Shown here piece by piece: positions 38,838 through 51,100 of a DNA stretch of 64,000 nt (position 1 is the first letter of the stretch; each line of letters begins with the position of its first letter). The stretch comes from Catajapyx aquilonaris. Its lineage: Eukaryota. The translations under genes were made by a program, and so were the position numbers. A model generated the notes under the pieces. That model was not told where the DNA came from. It worked only from the letters and a program-made list of their open reading frames with translations, and made no database searches. The stretch lies in contig KZ538220.1 in NCBI GenBank assembly GCA_000934665.2, positions 1 through 64,000 on the forward strand, given 5' to 3'.

Positions 38838-38875
38838 GTGACGTCACGAGACCCAAGCCAAGAGTGTGACGTCAC
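38838..38875. promoter_or_regulatory. Two palindromic CRE/ATF sites upstream of SF3B3
   Basis: GTGACGTCAC at 38838-38847 and 38866-38875 in a CpG-rich stretch upstream of the probable non-coding first exon (minus-strand donor GTGAGT near 38653). Confidence 0.5.
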
Positions 38876-39069
38876 AACCGGTGAGGCAGATAGCGCTGGG
38901 GTGCAGCAGAAAGAAGAAGGGCGCGGGTTCCAAAAAAATAGAAGAGTTCCGTAGAAAAGGTTTATTTGCGAGTTTATTTGGCTCAAAAAATGCGACACGT
39001 GTTTCTAGATGTGGCAATATTGGTGCACATACTTGTGAGAACGAAGCGTATATTATTTTATTCCGTATT

Positions 39070-39432
39070 TTTACTCCTGATATAACATACTCATTTTCAC
39101 TTCGACTCGGCTATTATGTCGGCTACCTATAACATGCCATTTCTTGGCCCCTTGAAGAGAAGATATGCTTTTTTCTGGTGTATATTTGGCGACAAGGAGT
39201 CGACAGAAAAAAAATCAGATATTTTTTTTGGGTCCTGCACAATTTTCGGGTAAGCTAATATCCCATTTTTGATGGATTTCATTAATCGGTATGTATGAGT
39301 GTACATTAGAGGCATATGGAAATCAAAAAACTCTCTGCATTCGTTGCAAAAGTGACGATTTGACTATAACAGACCTCGGTCATAAAATACTTTTTTCCGT
39401 GGTCCCTTGCAGTTTGTATCTGGATTCAACTG
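39070..39432. mobile_element. Truncated copy of the MITE at 4765-5191
   Basis: Shares ACTCCTGATATAACA, GGTCCTGCA(C/T)AATTTTCGGGT, CTATAACAGACCTCGGT and the GGATTCAACTG terminus. Confidence 0.75.
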
Positions 39433-39482
39433 CATTACAATTCAAAATATGCTTCAAACTTAAATATGCTTCATCGTGTTTC

Positions 39483-41113
39483 TCAGTAAACGAATGGAAT
39501 GAGTATCTTCCTGTCGCTTGGGAACTCCTTCTTAAGTCGTTCTCGATAGTACCTGAAATACACATAAAATATTGTTAATTGACAATTGCGAGTGGCCTTC
39601 CCTTCTGGTGGTATCTACTGCATCGTACCTGTGGTGATGATTGGCTCTTGTGCTCAAGAAGATGAGGCAGAAAATGCAGAAGTACATAGGGGCTGTCCCC
39701 CAGGCGGCCAGGGCCCATCCAATCCATTCAAGAATCTCGCAAGCATAGTTAGGTGCAACTAGCCAGTTGAAGAGAAAACCATGCGGAACCACATATCTGC
39801 GTCCAGATGTCTTGCGGCGAAGGTCACATATCACATGGTCACAGTATATGTTTCCACTCATTCCAGCCACCATTAGTGTGATGCCTAAAATAATTATTCA
39901 TTTGGAGCAGTGCATCAGCTGTTTGGTATGCTGTACATGATCCATAATAGGGTACACTGTACAGTACTAGGTTACAACCAGAAAAGTAATAATAATTTAG
40001 AAAACTTACCTACAATAAAACGAGGATCATAAAGCCAGTAGTCGGGGTAGCATCTCACCCGAGTCAGGTACACGCCTTGTGTCACACCATTTATGGTACC
40101 AAAGAAGAACATGGGTATTGCCGCAAGCAAAGGCGTTGGACTTGGATTAACCAAAATTTGTGGGTATATGAGGACCCTGAAAAATTAACACCATTGTAAA
40201 ATGTGAGCCGTATGTGGTTGTGTCTTAATCAATCTACTATCTACAAATTCTAGATTATGGGAAGTTTGTTTGTTTATTCGCTAAATTCAGGGGAATGCAC
40301 TTGCATCCCAGGGGCTCTACTATTTACGAGGAATTTAATGCCTCATGTTTCATATGCTAGTAAGGTCTGTGTTTACATGGTCACATGGACACATCCATTT
40401 ACCTCGATTTCCTGCCACCCATCGTATCACGTCTTTCTCTTTTACCATGCTCATACTCTCATTGCCATAAATTCCATGCATGAAGGATACAGCTACTGTA
40501 CAGTAGCTGGATGTGCTCACCAAGGCCACCTCAGATGAGGCAATGATGAGGTTTGAAGGTAAATTTAGCTAATTGTTTTCAATGCCAGTTTTAGGCATAT
40601 CGAGCATATGGATGAAGCATATAGTTTAGTGGTGCTTGTGCACCACAAAACTTCCGGGCATCGCCGGAGTTACTTATTGATGGAGACTAGTATTATCAGC
40701 TCTATCAAGAGCTAATAATGGCTCTATTGGTATGTATATTATCAAGAGGTATTATGAGATTATTTTAGAAGGCAAGACAGTAAGAACCTGTTGATGTAGT
40801 GAGCTGCAAAGAGGGTGATAAGAATCGCATTAGGAAGAGCCGATGCCCTGGTCGATCCTGATGCAAAAGCGAGTGCAACCGGGATGATGAATGAAGGACA
40901 CTCGAACAGCCAGGCCACACGTGCTGGGATTCTGGGTCCCATCCATCCAGCCACATAGCGACCATAAGGTGCAGGCATCAACTGGACCGAACTTGCGGAC
41001 AAAACGAAGAGCCCGAGAGCAACGCAGTCCAACTTCCAGGACAGATCCGCATCGGAATCAGACGCCGCAAACCCTCGAAGCGTAGAAAGGCCCGCCTCAA
41101 CAACGCCAGCCAT
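39483..41113 (-). CDS. SRD5A1: 3-oxo-5-alpha-steroid 4-dehydrogenase (SRD5A1/2-like), 272 aa
   Basis: Exons 41113-40788, 40176-40010, 39884-39629, 39552-39483 (819 nt). Motifs APYGRY, ARVAWLFECPSF, HYINRVLIYP, DPRFIVG, APNYACEILEWIGWALA, RANHHHRYY and RKILIPFVY*. Confidence 0.9.
40233..40690 (+). mobile_element. Non-autonomous Helitron in SRD5A intron 1
   Basis: A|TCTACTATCTAC start, GTTT repeats, 3' hairpin TCCGGGCATCGCCGGA (40653-40668), terminal CTAG|T. Confidence 0.6.
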
Positions 41114-41234
41114 GACCACACGCACTCTGGTGGCAGCACTGGGGGATGTTGGCCAACCTGATCGGGTTGCGTCTGAATAGATTTCCCGGCGATTCGGATG
41201 CAGCTAAAGTGAGACGCCGCTGTTTGGAAAAGAG
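41114..41234. promoter_or_regulatory. Compact bidirectional promoter region between SRD5A-like and PIGT
   Basis: Divergent ATGs at 41113 (-) and 41235 (+) are separated by only 121 bp. Confidence 0.7.
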
Positions 41235-43781
41235 ATGTTTCCGTTCTCAGGGCGGTCCGGCCCAGGGGCTGCCCTGCTCCTCCTGCCCCTACTGACCTCC
41301 CTGGTGCTACCAGTGGCAGAGGCCGGGTCGTTCAGCGGGAGGTACGGGGACTCCTTCGACGAGGAGCTGCTCCTGAAGCCACTGCAGAGCGGGCACCTCT
41401 TCGCTCACTTCCACTTCACCACCCGGTGGGACGCAGACGCACACGACGCTGGGGACGCCCGTGAGTTGGGGGGGGGGGGGGGGANNNNNNNNNNNNNNNN
41501 NNNNNNNNNNNNNNNNNTTGGGGGTGGTTGCTGCTGTGGCACTGAAAAGAGTCATGTCAAAGGTCGATGCAGATAGCCTGTGCTATCAATGATGGGAGAG
41601 AGAAAGAAAAAAAAGATAACAAGACAGATAAAATTATGTGTAGCAAAGCTGCAGCAGTTCAAATAATTCAGATGTATGTATGTTTCCCTCATTAAATTGG
41701 AGCTTTTGTTACAGTTGACCACTTTCATCTGTTCCCGCGGACGTTGGGGGAAGTGGCGGAGCATTTCAAGGTTCGTGAACTTCACTTGAGCCTGACTCAA
41801 GGGTTGTGGAGGCATCAGAAGTGGGGGTACCCAGTTGTTGATGCGGCCCCTGGAGCTGAGTTGTGGGTCTGGTTCAAGAAGGGGGCTAAAAAGTATGTAG
41901 GGTTGGGCTCGGCTCATTTTATGAGTTGTCACTAGTGAAAACGTTGTCATGATTTTTGTAGTGTCACGGAAACGTGGAATGACTTGACAAATGCCTTGTC
42001 CGGGCTTTTTTGTGCATCTTTAAACTTCATCGATGCAGCCAATAGTGTGTCACCTGAGCTGTCCTTTCGACCTTCTGGGGTCACTGGATCCCCATCAGAT
42101 GAGGATGCATCTCTAGTCAGATATGCCACCCTTCCTCGAGAAACTGTGTGCACTGAAAATCTAACCCCATGGAAGAAGCTTTTGCCATGTGACACCAGAG
42201 TAAGTGATTGACGTTACCATTAAAGTTGCTAATTATTATCGACGCACTTTTCATTTTACAGAGAGGATTGGCGACATTGCTGAATGCTCGTCACATATAC
42301 ACTGCCAACTACCACTCATTGGGTGTCCATTTAAGGCCAATATGTAGGGTGAGTCACTTGTTAATGGTATTTTAGTTGAATCAGTGGTTTGACATTTCTT
42401 TGTTGCTGGCAGGATCGCAAGTGCTTAGAATCCAGCCTTGAATTGACACAGACAGTGTCACTGGTGTTTGACATCTTGGCTTACAACCAAGGAAATCGTG
42501 ATTGGTCAACTAGGAAGGTGTTTGGATCTGCACTGCCCAGTGCATGCCCTTTGGCCCAATCGAGCAAGATTTTTGTCACCACCATCACAGATGGGGTAAG
42601 TTACAATACATTTAACAACGTTAAACCATCTCGTTAGCACCTTGTCACACCTTTCTCTCATTCCAGACAACCCATCCATTCACCCTGAACCCTCCTCCGA
42701 TGGAGACCATAACCTCTCATCGTGGCGGAACCCGCAATGAGTATGCCTCATACGACGTGGCATCCTTGTTGTCCCAAGGAGGGATGCTGAATGTTGCTGC
42801 TTCCTACTCCCCACCTTCCACCCATGTGCATGGACTACTCCCACTGCCTGTCCTTACTGCCAGCAGCTTCGTCTCAGGATCAGGGCTGTGGGGTGGACGC
42901 CTGGTAGTTGACATTGGAAACAATTACAGGCAGAGAAGCATCAGGGTTGCTGTGCTGCAAGTCCTACCGTGGTTTCTGAGGACATACCTGCATACTCTCA
43001 GTGTCAAAACCAGAGACAGGGATAACCCACCAGGTACGTGCATTGACCTGTTTGATTTTATAAGCATAACCTGGCTTCTCACAGTTCTAGTTCGCTATGG
43101 TCCATCACTGGACCGCTTGCGACCCACCCGGCTGGAGCTGGTCCTGGATCTTCCTCCACAGTCATACACCAGGGTGAGCCTTGACTTTCACCGGGGGTTC
43201 CTGAAGTGGCTTGAGTATCCACCTGATGCAAACCATGGGTTTTATGTCCCACCTGCTGTTGTGTCAGCTGAGTTGCCAGGGGCCAGAAATTTCACTGGGC
43301 TCCCACAAGATGGCAGTACCATTGCTGAATGGTGAGCCTTTGTGGTCTTTGAATTGACTTATAGTGATTTTTCAAAAACAGGCTAACGCTGACAAGGGGC
43401 ACAATTTTTCCACAGTTTCAATGCATCTCGCAGCTCCTACTTTGTCCGCCTTCGCACTGAGCCGTTGTTGGTGTCGTTACCCACCCCTGACTTCAGCATG
43501 CCCTACAATGTCATCTGCCTCACTTGCACTGTCGTTGCTCTTGCGTTTGGTCCCCTGCACAACATCACAACAAAGAGGTGAGTAAGCACTTTTATAAACA
43601 CGAGAATGGGAACTACCTTTTTTCATTTTGCGTTGGCAGCTTGGTCTTGCGAGATGCATCTCGCAAGCGCAATGTGGTAGTTCAAGCCACCACATGGATC
43701 AAGCAAAGGTTTTTGGGAAAGAAGGATGAGAAAGCGGACGTAACAGCAGAAAAAAAGGAGCAGGAGAAAAAGCAACTGTAA
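41235..43781 (+). CDS. PIGT: GPI transamidase component PIG-T, about 609 aa
   Basis: Exons 41235-41460, 41715-41892, 41962-42199, 42262-42348, 42413-42595, 42667-43033, 43085-43331, 43416-43577, 43640-43781 (1830 nt). Signal peptide, [43 protein letters not shown] and [21 protein letters not shown] at 43789. Confidence 0.95.
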
Positions 43782-45160
43782 CCATTCCAATAAAATCAGT
43801 ATTGACACTGGTGATTTTCAAGGCCTTTATTAATGTTTTCATTAATGGTTTCATGGCACATGCTAATTTATCAGGAATCTGTTACCTCTCCGATACCAAT
43901 ACTTGACATGCTGCATCCATTTTTTTTTAAACATGATGCAGCTGGCATGTAAATATCCTATTCGATGCAAACTCTGAGCTTCATTTGCCCGAGTAATGAA
44001 TAAACTGTCATCTTATAAGTCTCTTTTTATTCTTCAAAAGTACACAAGTCCATTGTTATTACTAATCACACTCACTTCCACATTCTCACGCTCTTTCTCT
44101 CATGCTCTCGCCCTCAACATTTCAAAAAATATAACTGCATTCCCCAGATGTTTACCTGTCTTCATTTTAACTTGTTCGTTCCAGAGTATCAATCAACCAA
44201 TCACTAAGGAATGGGTGTCAGGGAATGATTGAGATTAACACACACACACTGAAAAAAAATACTTCACTTGCTTTTTTTTTTGTCCAGTACAAAAATATCA
44301 ATTTTTTTTCCTTGCAAGAGGGGGCATATTGGAAATGGTCTATTTAATACAAGGGAGGATTTAGACTAATTGTTGTGGGATCCCAATCATTTTGTAAGGC
44401 ACGTTTTATCTCTATTTTTAAGGAGTAGTGTTGCAGGGTCAAGTTAGCTGAAGCGTCAAAAATGCAACTTTTAAAGGGGAGAGTTTGAGGCTGGGAAAAG
44501 GGGTTAACAAGTCACACATACTTTTTTTGGCTTGAAAAATATCTGACTGGGGTGGGGAATGTGTGAGATGCAACTTCTATTGCGGTTCTTTTTTAAATCG
44601 ATTGCTGCTTGCAATTATGCACATTTTTTTTTTCTCGTTCAACATGATCCTTGAAACATTAGGGACAATTGACTTATTTGGGGACAGTAAGAGATATGCC
44701 CTCACAGGTGGCAGCACTGGCCTACATAAAAAAATAACAGTATAATAATTATTTACAACAATAATAGCACAACATTGTAGTTAACTTCAACTTCTCTGTA
44801 ACAGTTAATCTCTTCCTACTTTAGTTAAAATGTATGGCAACAATAAAGCCGTGAAAAATATGAGGAGAAATTGCGTGTACTGCCACCTGCCGAGAAGTGC
44901 ATCCCACGTTATGTACAAAAACCAGCACATTTTTTTGCAATTTTTTTCGGCAGTTTTTTGTCAATTTTTTTTTTGTGGTAGTTTCCACCATTTTTCTGCT
45001 GAATTGGTTTGGGGGCGAGGGGGAAAGTTGGAATTGTTACAAACACAGTCCATGGAACCTTCCCATTCACCTCATTAAATTAACTTCCTCAACACGTCCC
45101 CAGCACCAAATGTCAAGGTATAAAAAGTCCCGATGAGTGAAAATCCTGAGTGCTTTTTGC

Positions 45161-48100
45161 TCATAGAGACCCAAGGGCAGACACCAGGGCAGCCCCTAGT
45201 AAGCAGAGCAGAGCTGGGAGGATTGGCTGAAGAGTGGAGCTTCCTCCTCCACCTCCATCTGTGATTGGCCCACCGTCCGTCCTGCTGCCACCCTCACCTT
45301 CCCCTTCACCCCCAGTCTGGCCCCTAGGCCGAGTCCTGCACTCTTCGCTGCACTCGCTACCCTCACAAATGTCGCAGAGGGTTGCCTTCACTGGCTCATA
45401 GAAAGCCCGCGCTCTTCTCGCTGCAAAGAGAACATCATGTTTGCACCATCACTAGTGATCTGGATGCCAATAATACCCTACCCCAAAATTGCCATTACAA
45501 TTATTCTAACTTAATGAGCTTATAAAAATACCAGCATTACAAAAAAAGTGAATTCAGACTACTTACAGTTGTCGTAATAGTCGTACACCACGACTGGAAC
45601 TGGTTTTTGCTTTGCCACTTGGAATGTCCTGTATGCAGACACTGTCGGGCATATCTCACGACGTGTCAGCTGCAATGCCAGAGAAACTCAGTAGTCAAGT
45701 ACACCATTCCAACAAACAGCAGTGGCTAATCAACACCTACCTGGTCAAAGTAGAGCACAACCTGGGTGTCTCCTTCCTGTGTGTCTACTCTCTTTATGTC
45801 TGGATGACTGTTTCTAAGAGATGGCAGTGAGTCTTGGTCCACTGTGTATCCAGAGGGTAAATCAACCTCCATAACCGCCATGTTGCTCTGGTTCCCTCCG
45901 TCTCCTCCGATAAAGTGGGTACAAACTGTGACCTTCATCTGGTTCTGATCAGCGCTTTTGTCCAGTTGCGGGTCAAGTGAAAAGAGTGGCCAAGCACCTA
46001 CCACTGCAAGATTATAGATTGATTCAACCTGCACCACTGCAAATCCACTCCCTTGTGCCTCAACCTCAACTGTTTTGGTGTCTGCTGGCAGCTCAAACTT
46101 CTGCAACACCATTGCATTGTCACGAGTCACTTCAACCTCCCGAGATGATCCGCCATATCCAAGCCTGACTTTCATTGAGCTGGTCCCAGATCCCATTCGT
46201 TCTGCCAGTTTTGCCAAAGCATATATACCAACTACAGTGTCCTGTGTTGAAGAAAATCCACCTTGTGCATTGCGTTGAGCCACAAGCCAGCGCATTATGG
46301 GGAGGGCGTCAGATATGAGGTCACGCTCCACGTAGGTGAGAAGGGCATAACTAGTCATCTCAACATCAACTGACTTGGTAAGTGAATGCCATGGGTTGCT
46401 CTCTTTTTCCTCTGCTGATATACGCTTGGACCACCATTTCATCTCCCCATCAGCTGTCACATTTGCCTTATCTTCCAACAAGTTGAAGGCACCTAAGCTT
46501 GCTGGATGCTGTGCCAACTGAAGTGCGTATGCCACTAGAGCGATTGCATATGGATCCTCAAGGCCATCCAGCTGGCGTACCAAATAGTCAGTTGCCCTGT
46601 TACGCGCCGCAGTAAGTGCAGGTGTGGCTATTTCACGTGATTGCAGGAATGCAATTAAGGTGTAGGCTGTGAGTGCCAGGCCCTTAGCAGCTCCACCTTG
46701 CATGTCAGTGTGTGAAACCTTCCCAACCTCTGGGAATGACCCATTGGCAGCTTGTTGTCGTGATAGCCACTCAAGTGCTCCTTCAAGGACTGCAGGATCA
46801 ATTGACAAGTGTGGACGAGCCTGGTAAAAGCTGCGAGCAACAAATGCAGTGAGCCAGGTTGAGCCATTGGGATCACTCTGTCCAAATGCACTGAATGATC
46901 CATCATTCCTTCGGTAGGTGAGCTCACGTTGATATCCAGTCTCCATGAAGCGGAGAGACTTTGCTCTGATAGCAGGAGTCAACTGACGTGTCTTCTGGAG
47001 GTACTCTGTCACCACAATGTTGGGGACAAAATTGAGCATGTTCTGTTCTCCACACCCAAATGGCATGCGAAGAAGAGAATCCAGGTTGTTCACTGCTGGT
47101 CCTAAAAGATCTCCTGCCACGGCCACTTCAACTCGGGATGAGCCTGGGACAGCATTTGGAGGTATCTCTACTGGTACAGAGCTTGAGAATGATCTTGAGT
47201 TGCGGAGATCAACCAATACAGCCTTGTTGACATGCTGGGGCTGGCCTTCAGACTGCAAGAGAGTCACAAACATGTTAAAATCAGGTTGCTAATCATACCG
47301 CATTTGTTTCTCCATCAAGAATGACATCAAGTTGGCTTTCATGTTAAAATTTATGCAAAGATCTACAAGTTAACATCAGCCAATAACATGCCACATGGTT
47401 AATGTAAAGGCAATAAATTTCTACATATTAGTGATCATGACTTTACCTTGACACGAAGCTGCCTGAGAACGGCGTCACCAGCCAGTGAGCTAGTGGCTGT
47501 CACTTTGATATCAATGTGCCCAATAACCTTGGGAGTGATCATGAATGAAACAGATGCTCCATCACCTGCCTTAACCAGGACTGACTTCATGCTAGACTCA
47601 CTCCTCCCTGCAAAAATTTCATACAGACATTACTGGTACATTCAAATCAGACAGGCCTAATAGAAAAGCAGGACATACTGGACTGCCTGTCCACCTCGTT
47701 GCTCATCTCTGTGAACTCAAATTCTTCATTTGCATTCTCCAATGTCACCTGAGCTGTCACATCCTTCTTCATGTAGTTGAACACTACAGCCTGAATAGCA
47801 ACTACCTCTCCCCGGATCACTGAGTATGGCAAGTTCAGTGAGACAAAGAAGGGTCGGAAAACTTGCATCTGTTGGTTCAAAGCAGTGTAAGTACACGAGG
47901 AACGATTAAAACAGTGTCTTTAAAATTATGCAAAAGGACAAACCTTCGTCGGGCTCTCCATGACTCCAAGTCCATGTTGGTTATCAAGTGCAAAAGCAGA
48001 AATGACCCAAGAAGTGATGGTATCTGGAGCCTTCTTTGTGATAGTAGCATGTCCATCATAACTGGATATATTTTAATGGTGTTTATGGGAGGGCAGGAAG

Positions 48101-51100
48101 GAAAAGAATTACCATTAGTTTCAAATTCATTCATGAGGTAAAAGTAACAACATAAATATGTTAGGAGAGGAATGAAAGGTCACAAAAGTCCCCAGCTAAC
48201 AATTTGTGGCAGAATTAGCTGGTAAATATTAAAACGTTAAAATCCCATCAGTCACAGCCTGGGAGTTAGGATGATAATAGGTGAGCAGCTGAAAATAATG
48301 TGAGTGGCAATGAGTTAGTTTAGCACTTTTTAATGTTGCTGTAAAAAAAAAATCCGCGTGATATTATATGTAGATTATTGCAGTCCTGGAATCCAACCCA
48401 CAAGATTATTGCATATAAAAAAATAATGTGTTAAAAATGTGGCAAAATGTGGGAAATTTTGGGGCATGATTCCCCAGGGCCTCATTTATTTGACTGCAAG
48501 TGAAAGTCTTGTTTGACAGCCAAATCCACCACCAAAAGCATATTTCATAGCTAAATTATGCCATTCCAGACTTGGTGAATAAAAAAGTACAGGCCTCATC
48601 AAGACCCAAAAATTCACTGAGATATATCAATTTTAAAAATTTAACAATCAAACTTTTGTACCATAGTCTGGAATGTCCAGAAGCAGTAGTGTGTTATGGT
48701 CTACCCTACCCCACATCAATGTCTTCAAAGATCCAAGTTTCAGGAAAGTGTGTCCGCACTTCAATGTCAGTAGACAAATCGGGTATGCCGCCTGCATTTG
48801 GCGGTATTGGCACTCCTTCTGCTTCTGGCATTGGTGCATTCATAAATACTCTATCTTCTAGAGCGCCATCATATTCATATGCTGCAAACAAAATGGCAAC
48901 CATTCTAGTTCTGTGAGCAAGCCGTAATCTCTCTGCCTAATTGAGGACACCCTTTCATTTAGGGAATGACATACCAGTCCAACCCACACCAGAGAACCCA
49001 ACACCCAAGCAAGCAGCAGTGCAAAGGGACAGGGTCATGGGATGGTCTTCTTGGTAGGAAATAGTATGTAACTACCGAATGGTGACATTTTCAAAGAGCC
49101 AGGTGGGGGGCAGGTCTCTCAGTAGAAACACTCTGCGATTGTTGTATGTTGGAACAGGTAGTCGTGAAAATGCATATGGCCCTGCTAGTGGTGGCCTAGT
49201 CGATGGTCTAGGCCCTGGCCGAGGGGTCAGATCTGGCCTTATAAGTGGAACTACGGGCGCTGGAATTGGAGCTTCGCCTGGCTTCTTCTGCCTCAATGGG
49301 TTGTCCTCCCAAGGGTTCCTCTTCAGTGGGGGGAACACGCCTGCACACACACACATACATGTGGAGGAAAAGGAGGGGATGGAAGAGAGTGGGAATTAGT
49401 GGTGAGTGACCAAAGAAAGAAATCACATGCTATATACATGCCTCAAGCCTGCACATTCACATAGTCATTGTCGCACCCTCAATCACTCGTATGTACAGAC
49501 CGGTACAGATCACCTAAAAATATTGACCATACGTGTGCAACAATGCTAAGTTTCAAATGTGTAAGCCAATCCATTATATTACTGTACATTCAATATTCAC
49601 AAACTTCTGGAAATCAAACAGAAAAAGCCTGAAAGAGAACTTGTTCATTAGGCTATGATTTTGAGGCCCTGAGGAGTAAGGAAAATTCCTATGGATATTA
49701 TTCGGTGCACCTAATGTGGTTTGGGATGGGATGGCAACAGTCATATTCACACTCATCTACTCTACCCTATTTCATCCACCATCTCCCAGATCCAGGTTTC
49801 AGGAAAATCTTTGCGAACGCCTCCTCCTTGCAGATGCCTCGACACCTCACGCTGCTCCGAGGCTTCTTCCACAGCATCAGCAAAATCATTCAGACGTGCT
49901 CTCAAGCCCACTGGTTTGGAAGGGATGGAGGTATATGGCACAACACAAGAGGGACATTACTACCATTCTAATCGTACAATTGCAGCTTTTCGTCAATATT
50001 CCTATTCTTCAAATTTTGTCAGGCGTATCGTTTACATACTAAAGCAAATAATTGGCAGTGTGATGATTAAATATGCGAGTAAACACATTTTAATACAGGT
50101 GAAACTAAATTAGTTTCATGCTTATCTGGCTCAAACCCCATTACTAAGATAATTTTAGCAACTAATCCACAATCTACGCAATTCATAGGTGTATGTAAGG
50201 AGAAAAATCCGTCAAATTGCTCACCATAAATTAATAAATCTTATGCCTACTTGAAATTGTGACTCGTTTGTGTAAGTGACACTAGTGTTAATGGCAATTT
50301 CAATGAAATTTTCATAGTTGAATATTCCCAATTTGGATGCTCAAGACAGTCTCTACTACATACATAACATTTACACAAAACTGGCCCACACCAAACAATC
50401 ACACATAACCCTCATTCATAACGAACATTCTCACAGCACCAAACCCATTAAACCAGCAACTGTTAAGAAAGTCATTAGTGACATTCAGAAGATGAGTGCA
50501 TCACCTAAGAGAAAGAGCATTCTTATACAAAATATTAAATATGAAAGTTCAACGATCAAGGCATAAGCTGTATTCAATCTGCAGAACTCTTTGAAAACAA
50601 TGAAATTTCATTTCTGCAATTGGAAATTGTTTCTGACATACACACTCATCAGACTATCAAGTGTGGTAATTTTATATTATGGTTTCATCCTAATCATACT
50701 TGTGAAGGAGTAGATCCACAACATATTGTGCATGCTATAAAATCAAAATTCTGTGAACATAATTTTGCATTAAGTATTACACACATGAAGATACTTATTG
50801 TGAACCACCAAGTATTTCCAGATTGAATACAACTGACATTAATGGTACTTCACCATTTTCTCCCAATAAAAGTAACTTGCAGAAAACTGGATCCCCTTTA
50901 CACAGTATGACTGCAAGTGCAAGAATTATTTTACAATCATATGCTTATAACCAACTCACTGCCACAAAATTGAAACATCTTGTTGTCTGGGGGAAGTCAA
51001 GATCAGTCTCAAGAGAGAAGGAGAAACGGAAGATGAAATGGAAATCAACAGTTGTATGATAAGAGTGTTGCTCATGTTTTGTTCGCGAGGGAGAAGAGTC

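Noticed and set aside
41467..41524. N runs next to poly-G/poly-C (also near 27295-27308 and 60847-60859)
   Set aside because: Assembly gaps at homopolymers, not biological features.
50780..50830. GNTWWF resembling a degenerate FPETW exon
   Set aside because: No matching splice sites or open frame of the right phase.
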